Positions 45,118 through 56,900 of a stretch of DNA of 64,000 nt are shown piece by piece. Location: positions 2,232,001-2,296,000 of the forward strand of contig OX337239.1 of NCBI GenBank assembly GCA_946965045.2, given 5' to 3'. The number at the start of each line of letters is the position of its first letter. The first letter of the stretch is position 1. A program made the translations under genes and the position numbers. The DNA comes from Epithemia pelagica. Lineage: Eukaryota > Protista > Bacillariophyta. The notes under the pieces were generated by a model that was given only the letters and a program-made list of their open reading frames with translations, did not search any database and was not told the origin of the DNA.

Positions 45118-45540
45118 TTAGAGGTGTGCGGGATTGGTCCCATTGGTAGATAAGGACGGAGGACCGCCTGCCCCGAAAGCGGCCGAATACGTAAACTGCG
45201 AAATGAGAGTATTCCGACGTTCTCGTGGTAAGATCTTGGTGAAAAGATCAGCGATGTTGGATTCAGTATCTTCCTTGCCCACACGGATAATAGATGCCGC
45301 TGCTGCCTCGCGTACCGAGTGGTAGTTGATAGCATTGTGCCTCTTGCTCAAGACCGAAGACGGAAGACTCGTGTTTTTCACGACACCCCGGTTGTCACAG
45401 AGAACACTCGCCGGACCAACCAAAGGAACCCCAAACATCCAAAGTTTGTACCGTAATGCGACGATCATTTCCTTGGCGATACGAAGCGCGACAAATTCGC
45501 TGCCAAAACTTGAAGTTTCAACGGTATTTTGCCTCTTGGA
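45118..45540 (-). CDS. RNase H C-terminus of the outer copia Pol
   Basis: SKRQNTVETSSFGSEFVALR...LCDN...HSVREA...NIADLFTK continues ...ILWYS from 53925 across the TTGGA TSD. Confidence 0.9.
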   Translation of the reverse strand, partial: SKRQNTVETSSFGSEFVALRIAKEMIVALRYKLWMFGVPLVGPASVLCDNRGVVKNTSLPSSVLSKRHNAINYHSVREAAAASIIRVGKEDTESNIADLFTKILPRERRNTLISQFTYSAAFGAGGPPSLSTNGTNPAHL

Positions 45541-46323
45541 TGTTAGAATTCTCACCGTCTATGGTGGTTAGATTCTACATCTCATCGATTCCCCATGTCA
45601 CATAGCCTCGTGCTATCGCATCATGCCATCTAGCTTCGAGCTATGTTCCCTAGCTTCGCGCTATATCGACCTATATTTCTTCGCAAATCATGAAAAGTGA
45701 GAATAGATTGATGAACTCACTCTCAAGACTAAACTGGGTCGTGCGGTATTACAACGGACATAAATTTGGCCGTTGCTCGGACATTATACTAACGCCCTAA
45801 GCGTACGCGCCCGAAATCATCGAGCGCGCCCAAGCGACATCCGAGCGCTGTCGGCATCTATCCGATCCAACGGTCTAAGTATCCCAAGCACGACACACGA
45901 TCACGCGAGACCATATTTCCATTCCCACAATCTCCAAATTGTCAACAAGCTGCGCGCCATGAAAACAACTATGCCAACCCAAAGCAAGAGCTGTTGACCC
46001 TGTATATGTTATCCGTCCACATATACATGTCATATACATCACATGAATCAACTCCAACTATTCCAAACCTGTTGCCGCCAAGAACCTATGACACATGACC
46101 CTTGGCAGGACCGATCATTTCACGTAGACCTATCGTAGTAATCAACACACAATCTAACAATATCACCATTTATCACATCTTCTTTTGTGTCCCGACTATC
46201 CTTCTGATAGACTTCGACTTGCTTGCTTCTCTGACCCTGAGAAGCTTGTATCGGTTGGTGACCTACCTGATTGTCTGCTCTACCGAGCATCAATGTCCCT
46301 ACGATTCAGAAAGAATTGTAACA
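45541..46323 (+). repeat. 5' LTR of the inner copia
   Basis: TGTTAGAATT...TTGTAACA; duplicated at 53142-53924. Confidence 0.96.
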
Positions 46324-46334
46324 GATTAACAGTC
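46324..46334 (+). promoter_or_regulatory. Putative half-tRNA primer-binding site (tRNA-Asn GUU)
   Basis: GATTAACAGTC directly follows the LTR; its reverse complement GA-CT-GTT-AA-TC is an anticodon stem-loop. Confidence 0.6.
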
Positions 46335-46359
46335 TCAAAGCTTATTTCCTTGTGGTTTC

Positions 46360-47139
46360 ATGGATACTAACAAGCTTATCACTCCTGTACGACAGATCTA
46401 TCGAGCCAAGCTGCATCCCGGGCAGCCCGATACCCTGGTGCAGCAGGAACTGGTGCCGACGCCGAAGGCAGCCAACACATCGGTCAACATCTCCGTCGAC
46501 AGTTCCAACAGCAACCCATTCGAGACTCCAACCCAGCCTCACGCTCCGATTCCTGCGCCGTTGCTTCGGCCCCCGAGTCCGCCTTGTCGGCTCGTCCCTT
46601 CTCGATCCCGTCGTACCACCCGGTTGATTGCTGATCATATCAAGTACTTCCGTCAACCAACTTGTTCGACCTTCGATCCCGAGATCATCCGTGGGGAGAC
46701 CCAGATCGAACGCCAGTTCCAATCGGTGACCCACATCGTTGACCAAGAAGACATTGACCGTCTGAACGACCAACTTCATCGTTCTCCGAGGCGTCGCCTC
46801 ATCTTGGCCGCCCTCTCGGGCAACCCCATCCGTACTGTCCACCTCCGCTTCCTAACCTTCGAGCGCCCAACTGGATACTACAATACCATCTACGTCGTGA
46901 ACGCGACGACTTGCCCTCTGCCTCCTAACGTTGTACGCCTAGATAACTACGTTGCCTACATCCACGAGGTCCATACCATCGAGGACCATCGTGCAACTAT
47001 CTACCCTTTGCGTACCGAGGTCGAGAACCACCTGGCTGAAGGTGATACCCCTTCTTCTGTTGCTTGTGCTGCCCCATCTGAGCCTGGAAACGACTCTGAT
47101 TATTCGGAAGAGAGTGGGGATTCGGAGACCGAAGCTTAA
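46360..47139 (+). CDS. Extra 259-aa ORF upstream of gag in the inner copia
   Basis: Uninterrupted ATG-to-TAA ORF between PBS and gag, with a Pro/Ser-rich N-terminus, globular core and acidic tail; no family recognised. Confidence 0.65.
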   Translation: MDTNKLITPVRQIYRAKLHPGQPDTLVQQELVPTPKAANTSVNISVDSSNSNPFETPTQPHAPIPAPLLRPPSPPCRLVPSRSRRTTRLIADHIKYFRQPTCSTFDPEIIRGETQIERQFQSVTHIVDQEDIDRLNDQLHRSPRRRLILAALSGNPIRTVHLRFLTFERPTGYYNTIYVVNATTCPLPPNVVRLDNYVAYIHEVHTIEDHRATIYPLRTEVENHLAEGDTPSSVACAAPSEPGNDSDYSEESGDSETEA

Positions 47140-47459
47140 TTACTCATAGTTAACTCCCGTTCTCTCAAAACCTTTCCAAGACTTAAACTCAACGCACATC
47201 CGGGTACCCTTGGTCGCACAACACGCCACACATTCCCGTCAAATCGCGAAAATTCGGCGAAAATTTGTTGAAACTCGGCGAAAATTTGTCGGAATCAACG
47301 GAAATTTCCAGGAGTCGCACATCACAACACACATCCGGGTATCACATACGTGGTACATACGTGGCACACGTGGTACATCCGGGTTCACATCACATCACAC
47401 ATTAAATAAACCACATCACACCGCACATTAAATAAACATCGAACCAACCAAATAACATC

Positions 47460-50400
47460 ATGGATCCTCAATCACCCAAGACACCTACGACTCCTAAGGG
47501 AGAAGATAACCAAGACAATATCTCGGACACAGACCTATTCGACCACATCATATTTACTGTCTGCCAATTCTTTACCAAAGAAAGGGCCGACTACTTAATG
47601 AAGTGGATGAAATACCATGGTTTTGAGAACATTACCCATGTTATCTCGTATATGCAAACTAATACCGAGGAATCCATGAAGGAACTGACACAATACAAGG
47701 TCAACAAACAGACACATGATCTACAAGGCCCCACAAGACAGCAGATCAAGCTCTTGGCTTATTGGGCCATATACAAGACCAATGAAATTCAAGACGAGCT
47801 ATCCAATAGCGACTGGATGAACCTAACGAGGAAAGAGTTCAACACTTGGAGGATCAACACAGATTTCTCTAAGGGACCACCTAGCCAAGTCCCAGTCTCG
47901 CCAATGAAGTCACCGTCATCTGTGAAATCTGTCAGCACAGTTACTGCCGCATCCCAATCTCAACAAGACCTTACCGCATTCAGAAAGGGAACTAAGCGCG
48001 ACGCAACTGCATATGAGGTATTCAAGGATGAACGATACTATGATTCATTCTGGCGTGTATTCAAGACTACAGCTAAGGCTCAAGGCCTATCCAACGTTCT
48101 GAATTTCAAATACACACCACCCCATGATGATGAGTATGCCGAAGAACTTTTTCAAGAGCAACAAGTATTTCTTTACTCCGTTCTTGTCCGTATCATTCAG
48201 ACTGACCAAGGTCGAGCCTATGTACGTGAACATGAACATGATGAAGATGCGCGTGCCGTATTGAAGAAGTTACACTCTTTGCATACCAAATCCGACCTAG
48301 CAAAGCGAGAAGTCCTCCGTTTAACCAACTACATTTCCAATCTACGTCTTGACGACACATGGCGCGGAACAACACGTCAATTTCTTCTACACTTTCAAGA
48401 GCAGCTACGTTTGCTAGACAATCTAGTGACATTGTCTGATCGTATCCCTGATCATACCAGGATGACCTTCCTCATGCAAGCTGTAGAAAAGGTACCTGAT
48501 CTCCGCCGAGTCAAGATCTTGGATAATGTGGTGAACACCAAATCCGGTGCAAAATCCCTTTGCTATCAATCATACTTCCGTCTCCTTCTAGACGCAGCTT
48601 ATGACCATGATCAAGCAACCCAGTCATCTGTTCATAGTCGCCGTCGACATGTCAAACAACATGAATCACTATATGGCCAAGATACAGATGCTGACATAAC
48701 CTCACAAGATGATATGGAGTATCATGTCCACAACACCACAGCGACATCTGAATCTCCACCCTCTTCGTCCAAGGTTAGTCTACCGCGTGACCTATGGTTC
48801 AAACTTTCTGAAGAAGACCGCAAGTTGATCATTGAGTATAACAAAATGATTCAAGCACCTTCATCAACAACACCGAGGAAAGTGCAAACACATGCCCTCG
48901 ACATTGATCCGGAACCTGATCCTGACCCCAACCAAGTTGCATCTGATGAAGACTCACCTGGCGTAGTCCCTGAGCATCCAGATGATTCAGATCCGGTTAC
49001 ACAATTTATCAACCAAGCCATGACGACTGATATCAATCACCCGGCAACTGACCTGACTAGTGTTCTTTCTAACGCCAAGTCCAAGACGAGCAAGAAGGTT
49101 ACTTTCAAAGCCAACATGCATAAACAAGCAGGACATGTTCCACGCTATTTGTTTTCCAGGAAATCTACTTTACCAGGAAATCAATTGATTGACCGTGGTG
49201 CTAATGGAGGACTTGCTGGTTCTGACATGCGCATCCTTTCTAAGACTGGCCGCCATATCACTATTGTGGGTATTGATAACCATGAACTTACTGGACTTCC
49301 TGTCGTCACATGTGCCGCAAAGTTTGAGACCAATGATGGACCTATTGTCGGCATCTTCAATGAATATGCTTATTATGGAAAGGGCTTATCTATCCATGCT
49401 CCTGGTCAATTCGAGCATTTCGGACTTGCTGTTGATGAACGATCTGTTAAAGTTGATGGTAAACAACGCATCACTACACTTGATGGTCGTGCTATACCCC
49501 TTCACATCAAGGATGGGTTAGCCTACATCCACTCCTTGGGTATTCCCAGCGACGATGACATGGATACCTTACCTCAGATCATCTTCACGTCACCTGACAC
49601 ATGGGATCCTGGTGTTCTGGACCATTCGTATTCTCCCACACCCTCTGACAATGATCCTGATTGGAAACACGTCAAGACTGATGGTAGTATGTCAAACCAT
49701 CCATATGACAACTATGGGGAGTACACTGATCGTGTTGTTTGTAACCTCAATCTCCTTTTGGATCTCCCATACGATCATGGACCTGACGACGCACCCTTCT
49801 TTTCTATCTATGCTGACGCAGAAGGTAATGATCCTACACTTCATGCCTCTGTCCACCGTCGTTACCAGGAAGCGTATGACTGGAAGAAGTTCCGTCCATT
49901 CTTTGGTTGGCAATCTGAAGATGTTATTGCCGATACGTTCAAGCACACTACGCGTAATGGTAGTATTACTTTTGACCACGACACCCTCAAGAAACATTTC
50001 AAGGCTTGCAATCCGGTCCTTAATATACCTCGACGTCATGAACCCGTTGCTACTGACTCGGTTTTCTCCGACACCCCCGCTGTTGACCATGGCGGTAAAG
50101 TTGCACAAATCTTTGTTGGTCGAGATACTCTGGTTACTGATATCTATGGGATCAAGTCAACCAAACAGTTTGTCAATACTCTTCAGGACAACATCCGTTT
50201 TCGTGGTGCCATGGAGACTCTTATCAGTGATGGTGGTTCATCTCTCATCTCTCAAAAGGTCAAAGACATTCTTCGCACTTTGCTTATTGGGGAGTATCGA
50301 TCCGAACCTTATCATCAACACCAGAATAAGGCTGAAAACCGTTACCAGACCGTTAAACGTATGACCAACGCTCTCATGAATGCCACTGGTTGCCCTGCCA

Positions 50401-53147
50401 ACACCTGGCTTCTTTGCCTTGAGTATGTCTGTGACTTATTGAACCATACGTCATCACCCACCCATTCCGGTCGCACTCCTCTTGAGGCTCTCTCCGGACG
50501 CCCACCCGACATTACTCATCTCTTGTTCTTTCCTTTCTGGGATGAGGTTTACTACCGTGTCGACCCCGCTGAACCCAATTCTGGTTCATATCCATCTTCT
50601 TCTGATGAGAAACTTGGCCACTGGGTTGGTTTTGCTCACAACGTTGGTGATTCTTTTACTTGGAAGATTCTCACCCAGGATAACCAGATAATCTACCGTT
50701 CTGCCGTTCGCCGTGTTGAATCCACTACACCTAACCTACGTGTGGATCGACCTTCAGGGCAGGATTCGTCTGAGAAGGATGACAATGATAAGCAAGCTGA
50801 CACTGTCTTCATTCGCAGTGATAGTGAAGATCCATCCAAACCAATGCCCACGATCGATTTTGACGACATGATAGGACGCACATTCCTATGCGACACAGAA
50901 GAAAATGGGGAGCGACACCGTGCACGTGTCATCAAACGAGTCATTGATCTTAATGAAGAAGCAACGAAACAGAAAGAACGTGTCAAGTACATCTACTGAA
51001 AGACAAATTCTGATGTTGATGAGATGATATCCTATAATCAACTCATGGAGTATATTGAACGAGATAACCAAGCTCAAACCTCTGGAGATAATCTTTTCAG
51101 GTTCAGGGACGTCATTGCTCATCAAGGCCCACTGAACACAACTGATCCAGATTACAAGGGGAGCAAATATAATTTGCTTGTTGATTGGGAAACTGGAGAG
51201 ACTACCTATGAACCTTTATCACTCATCGCCAATGATGATCCGATCACTGTAGCAATTTATGGAAAGAAACATGGTTTACTCAACGAACCTGGATGGAAGC
51301 ATTTGAAACGTTATGTCAAAACAAGCAAACGTCTCATTCAAGCAGCCAAACAGTCAAGGATTAAACAAGTTCACCATTCCGTCAAGTATAAGTTTGGATT
51401 CCAAGTACCACGCAATTATGAGGAAGCTGTCGCTCTTGATAAACAACATGGCAACACAAAGTGGCAGGATGCAACAGAATTAGAATTGTCACAGATCCAG
51501 TCCTACAAGACATTCAAGGATTTTGGGAAAGCCATCTTCATTAAAGGGAAAGTATCCAATGCACCTGAAGGATATCATAAGATACGTGTACATCTTGTCT
51601 TTGACGTAAAACATGATGGACGACATAAAGCAAGACTTGTCGCAGATGGACATCTCACAAAAGAACCTGTTGAGACAATCTATTCAGGTGTTGTTTCCAT
51701 TCGCAACCTCCGCATTGCCTTATTCCTGGGTACTTTGAATGACTCGGAAATATGGGGAGCAGATATTGGAAACGCATATCTGGAAGCCTTGACAGGGGAG
51801 AAAATTTTCATTGTTGCAGGACCTGAATTCAAGGAATTAGAAGGTCATATCCTGATTATATACAAGGCACTTTATGGATTGAAGTCATCAGGCGCACGCT
51901 GGCATGATGTCTTATTTGATGTTTTGACAGACATGGGATTTTCACCAAGCAAAGCAGATCCGGATATCTGGATGAGGAAAGCACCTGGAGAAGACTGTTA
52001 CGAATACATTGCCGTATACGTTGATGACTTAGCCATTATTTCTACTGATCCTGGGAATATCTGCAAGATCCTGAAGGAGAAATACAACTTCAAACTCAAA
52101 GGAGATGGACCTATTGATTTCCACTTGGGATGTTGTTACACCAAGGATTCTGATGGAACATTAGTAGCAGATCCAAGACGCTACATTGGTAAGATGATGG
52201 ACACTTTCGAACGAATCTTCAAGGAGAAACCCAAGAAAGCCAAAACACCTCTTATTGGTGGAGACCATCCTGAATTGGATGATTCTGAGCTCCTTGATGA
52301 AGAAGGTACTAGCCATTTCCAAACTCTGATTGGACAACTCCAATGGGTGATCACTATTGGTCGTTTCGACGTCTTCACCGCTACAATGACGCTATCACGC
52401 TTTCGTGCTGCTCCGAGGAAAGGACATCTTGATAGAGCCAAGCGTATCTATGGATACCTTGCACATCTCCCAGAAGGCGCAATCAGATTTAGGATTGGAG
52501 AGCCTGATTATTCAAGTCTTCCTACCCAAGAATTTGATTGGACCCGCACTGTCTATTCGAATGCAAGTGAACGTATTCCTGAAGACTGCCCAACACCTCT
52601 TGGCCGCTATGTTACCACAACTCATTATGTTGATGCCAATCTCATGCATGACATAGTCACTGGTAAATCCGTCACTGCTGTTCTACATTTGTTGAACGGA
52701 ACACCTATTGACTGGTACAGCAAGAGACAGAGCACGGTGGAAACTGCTACCTATGGATCCGAGTTTGTGGCTGCAAGGACAGCAATAGATCAGATTACAG
52801 AATTACGACATTCTCTCCGCTACCTTGGAGTACCTATCCGAGAGCGAAGTTACATGTACGGAGATAACAGATCTGTTGTGCTCAATGCAACCGTTCCTCA
52901 TTCCATACTATCCAAGAGACACCATCTTCTGTCATACCACCGAGTTCGTGAAGCCATCGCAGCAAAGTATGTTGCATTCTACTGGAAAGATGGAAAGACC
53001 AACCCTGCCGATATCCTTAGCAAACATTGGGATTTCGTATCTATTTGGCCCATGCTCAAGCCATTGTTGTTTTGGAAAGGAGAAGTTCAAGACCTCAACA
53101 AATCCAATGATGACAAGGCTGAAACGACGAGTTGTGGGGAGTGTTAG
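47460..53147 (+). CDS. Gag-Pol of the inner copia (gag, PR, IN, RT, RNase H); single in-frame TGA at 50997-50999
   Basis: PR LIDRGANGG; IN TDSVFSD/ISDGG/QNKAENR; RT KARLVADG and YIAVYVDDL; RH YVDANL/SEFVAAR/GDN/NPADILSK. The two track ORFs share one frame. Confidence 0.93.
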
Positions 53148-53924
53148 AATTCTCACCGTCTATGGTGGTTAGATTCTACATCTCATCGATTCCCCATGTC
53201 ACATAGCCTCGTGCTATCGCATCATGCCATCTAGCTTTGAGCTATGTTCCCTAGCTTCGCGCTATATCGACCTATATTTCTTCGCAAATCATGAAAAGTG
53301 AGAATAGATTGACGAACTCACTCTCAAGACTAAACTGGGTCGTGCGGTATTACAACGGACATAAATTTGGCCGTTGCTCGGACATTATACTAACGCCCTA
53401 AGCGTACGCGCCCGAAATCATCGAGCGCGCCCAAGCGACATCCGAGCGCTGTCGGCATCTATCCGATCCAACGGTCTAAGTATCCCAAGCACGACACACG
53501 ATCACGCGAGACCATATTTCCATTCCCACAATCTCCAAATTGTCAACAAGCTGCGCGCCATGAAAACAACTATGCCAACCCAAAGCAAGAGCTGTTGACC
53601 CTGTATATGTTATCCGTCCACATATACATGTCATATACATCACATGAATCAACTCCAACTATTCCAAACCTGTTGCCGCCAAGAACCTATGACACATGAC
53701 CCTTGGCAGGACCGATCATTTCACGTAGACCTATCGTAGTAATCAACACACAATCTAACAATATCACCATTTATCACATTTTCTTTTGTGTCCCGACTAT
53801 CCTTCTGATAGACTTCGACTTGCTTGCTTCTCTGACCCTGAGAAGCTTGTATCGGTTGGTGACCTACCTGATTGTCTGCTCTACCGAGCATCAATGTCCC
53901 TACGATTCAGAAAGAATTGTAACA
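53142..53924 (+). repeat. 3' LTR of the inner copia
   Basis: Copy of 45541-46323. Confidence 0.96.
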
Positions 53925-56900
53925 TTGGAGTACCACAAGATGGGAGCATTTTGCACAAAGATGAGTATACCGGTGTGAGATCGACGAGTGACGACGTTTC
54001 CAGCATGGTCAGCATCCACGAAACATGTGATACTGACAGGACGCCCCAATGGTGGAGGCATTTTACTTGGAATCTCCTCGGCAACTTCGCCGTAAAATTC
54101 TTTCCAATCGTCAATTGGCACTTGGGGAAAACATGACTCATCCAGCACCACGTCCTTTGGATCAAAGACCAGCTTCAGCTTCGAGTGCGACTTGAGGAAA
54201 GCAAATATGTGATAGACTGCCTCCAAGTGACCGACCCTCGGGTTTGCCAAGAATTGTGAAAGAATGGACACTTCCAAGTAGATGTCCACTCGCCCAATCT
54301 CCACGGCCCAACGCAACACACCAATCAACTGTTGATACCGCGACGTTAATGCTGGGTTGAGTTCCGGTGTTGTGTCCAACTCCGGCTTGTAAGAAGAGAC
54401 AACCGGTACCTTGGCCGTCGTTTTAAGGTGTTTCCCGTCCCCGTCTTCCTTGAGAAGATCTTCCACGATTCGAATCGCGTTGGCGACATATTTTTCACTG
54501 GACATGCCCCATGCCCATGACCCGCTTGGCAAGTTGTGTTTATATATCTGAGCGCCGAGATACACTGTTGGCTCACCCACGCTCCCTGCTTTGATCTTGT
54601 AATGTTTATCAATCTCGTCAAGTACCGGATGCGGATCTTCGCTTACCAGTAGTATGTCATCCACATAGACTAATATGATCTCATAATATTCCTCTCCTGA
54701 GCTTCTCCTCGCTTCCTCCGTAGGACACATGGATCCGCTTGGGTGTCAATGAAACCCATATCATAAAGGGTCACCATGAGCGTGGCCCGCCAACTTGCAC
54801 CGGAGGATTTCAGCCCGTATAGGGCCCTTACCATGACACAGACCTTTCCCTGAAACTCGTTCCCCACTTCCGGACCCCCATGAAACCATATCTTCTCTCG
54901 ACATGGCGCATTCAAGTAGGCATTACCTATATCGCACGCGAGTACCTTTAGCCCATTGAGTGCGGCAATGAGAAAAGCAATCCTGATTGAGTCTCGGCTG
55001 ACGACGCTCGAGTAGGTCAGGCTTGACGGTGCGTCAGTCATATGCCCCCCTGCCACGAGCCGTGCCTTCCTGGTAAGATCCATTTTTATGTCAAAAACCA
55101 TATGACATTTAATTTCCGTATGCCCGATGAGCTGCCGCCCTGCTCGTACCTCTTCTAGATCCAGATCGTCCCTCGCTTCCCATGCTACCTTCACTACCCT
55201 GAGCTCCTTGTCTATCGCATCCCTCCAGAACGTAGTTCCAGTTACCTCGTCAATCTTTAGTGCCTCTTCAACCGAATGGGGTAGCTTTATCCCATATTTC
55301 TCCGTGGTCTTCCAATATTTCTTCTTTACTTTCTTCACCATCCGACGCATATGGTTTAGCGTCTGTGGCACCCACCACTTGAATGCTGGTTCTTCCACTA
55401 GCCCTTGTGCGACCGCGTACTCTGCCAACTCGACTGCATACCCATTTTTCGCGTCCCTAAGAGGTATCCACATTTGCGTCCCGTCTCGACATTCGACAGC
55501 TATTTCCCGTCCTTTCGTCGTTTTCTTCGGGTGCCGATTCCCATTCTGTCCCACATGGTATCCGTCCTCGATGGCCACAGCGTCCCCGTTTTTCCTGTGA
55601 CCGACGATCTCCTGTATAACGACGTATCTCTTTCCCTCTGTGTCCAGCTGTGAATAGAGATTTTCCGCCACCAAGTTGGCAGTGTATTCCTGTATCACGC
55701 CACCAGGGAAGCTTACCTGGTACGTTCTTGTGTCGAATTTCGGGTTTCGATTGAACTTTCCTACTGGCTTGCCATCTAACCCTTTTTGCCGTTTTTCCAC
55801 TGTGCCAAACATCTGCTCGCCTCCCATCTCGACTTGTATCTGTGCTCCGACGTACTCGTCGTATCCTTCCCCGTGCAAATCGGCCTCATCTGTCTCCTCG
55901 ACGATCATGTCACCATATTCGTCGTCCGTTGGGACGATCCCGACACGTCCCCGTCTTTCCTCTTCCGGTTCTACATCCTCGAGATAACCCGGCCCATTTC
56001 CTTCTTCATCGGTGAAATTCCGATCGTCTAACCTCTCCTCAACAATCAACTTGAATTGTTTGACCCTTTCGGCAATGTCTGGCTTTCCCATATCTTCTTC
56101 CGTGACATGTTGCACCGTTGTCCGAGCAATCACCTTTCCCCCCTTTGTCAAGATCCAGTAGCAAAGGTCACTCCCGATTCGATGCGCAATCCCTAACCAG
56201 TATCCCAACTGCACGAGATCGTCCGCTGCATCTGTTTTGGCATTGTTGTGAAACCACACGAGGTCATAGAAGGAAAAATCAATCCACTCCGAGATGTCCG
56301 GTGTATCTCCTGAGAGTCGTTCTAAGCCGGAACGGCCGTCATGTCCCCGGGCGACTCGACTGAGTACACCGGCCTCGTAAACAAGACCATAGTCCCAAAG
56401 CCGTCTTGGGACGTGAAGATCCATGGCACGTCTGTGCCACCTCTGTTTGAGCAACCCGATCTCGCGTTCGGCACGGTGATTTTGTTTCCCCGTATTGCGC
56501 TCTGTCCAGTGCATGTCGATACGATGCATGCGGACCAATTTCTGGAACATGGTGGATTCACCAACCTGCTCTCCGGCCATGTCTGCCGTCATCTTGTCGG
56601 GTATGCCGACTTCATCAATGAACCTTGCAAGCGCTTGCCCGACATGTGCCTTGCTGACCATGGGATAAACCGAGGTGAACTGCCCGTCGGTGAAGACTTG
56701 GGCACACTTGTTCCCTGACAGCGAAGTCGTTTTCGAAAATAGAGTGTCCGTATAGATACGCGTTTGCAATCTGTTACGATGTAGGGCTAAGTTATCCACG
56801 CGGTATCGTCGTGTGATAGGCGAGATAGCCGTCCGGATCCCCTGTTGGGTGGTTACTCGGAGGGAAGCCCAAGCCGAATCGAGTCCAATGCGCCACTTGC

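Larger units (their letters stand above)
45541..53924 (+). mobile_element. Inner Ty1/copia (CoDi-like) LTR retrotransposon: 783-bp LTRs, 5-bp TSD TTGGA
   Basis: LTRs at 45541-46323 and 53142-53924 (three C/T differences noticed); TTGGA at 45536-45540 and 53925-53929; PPT GTGGGGAG. Confidence 0.96.

Noticed and set aside
45773-46329. Short ORFs duplicated at 53374-53978
   Set aside because: They lie inside the LTRs, so duplication reflects LTR identity rather than coding selection.
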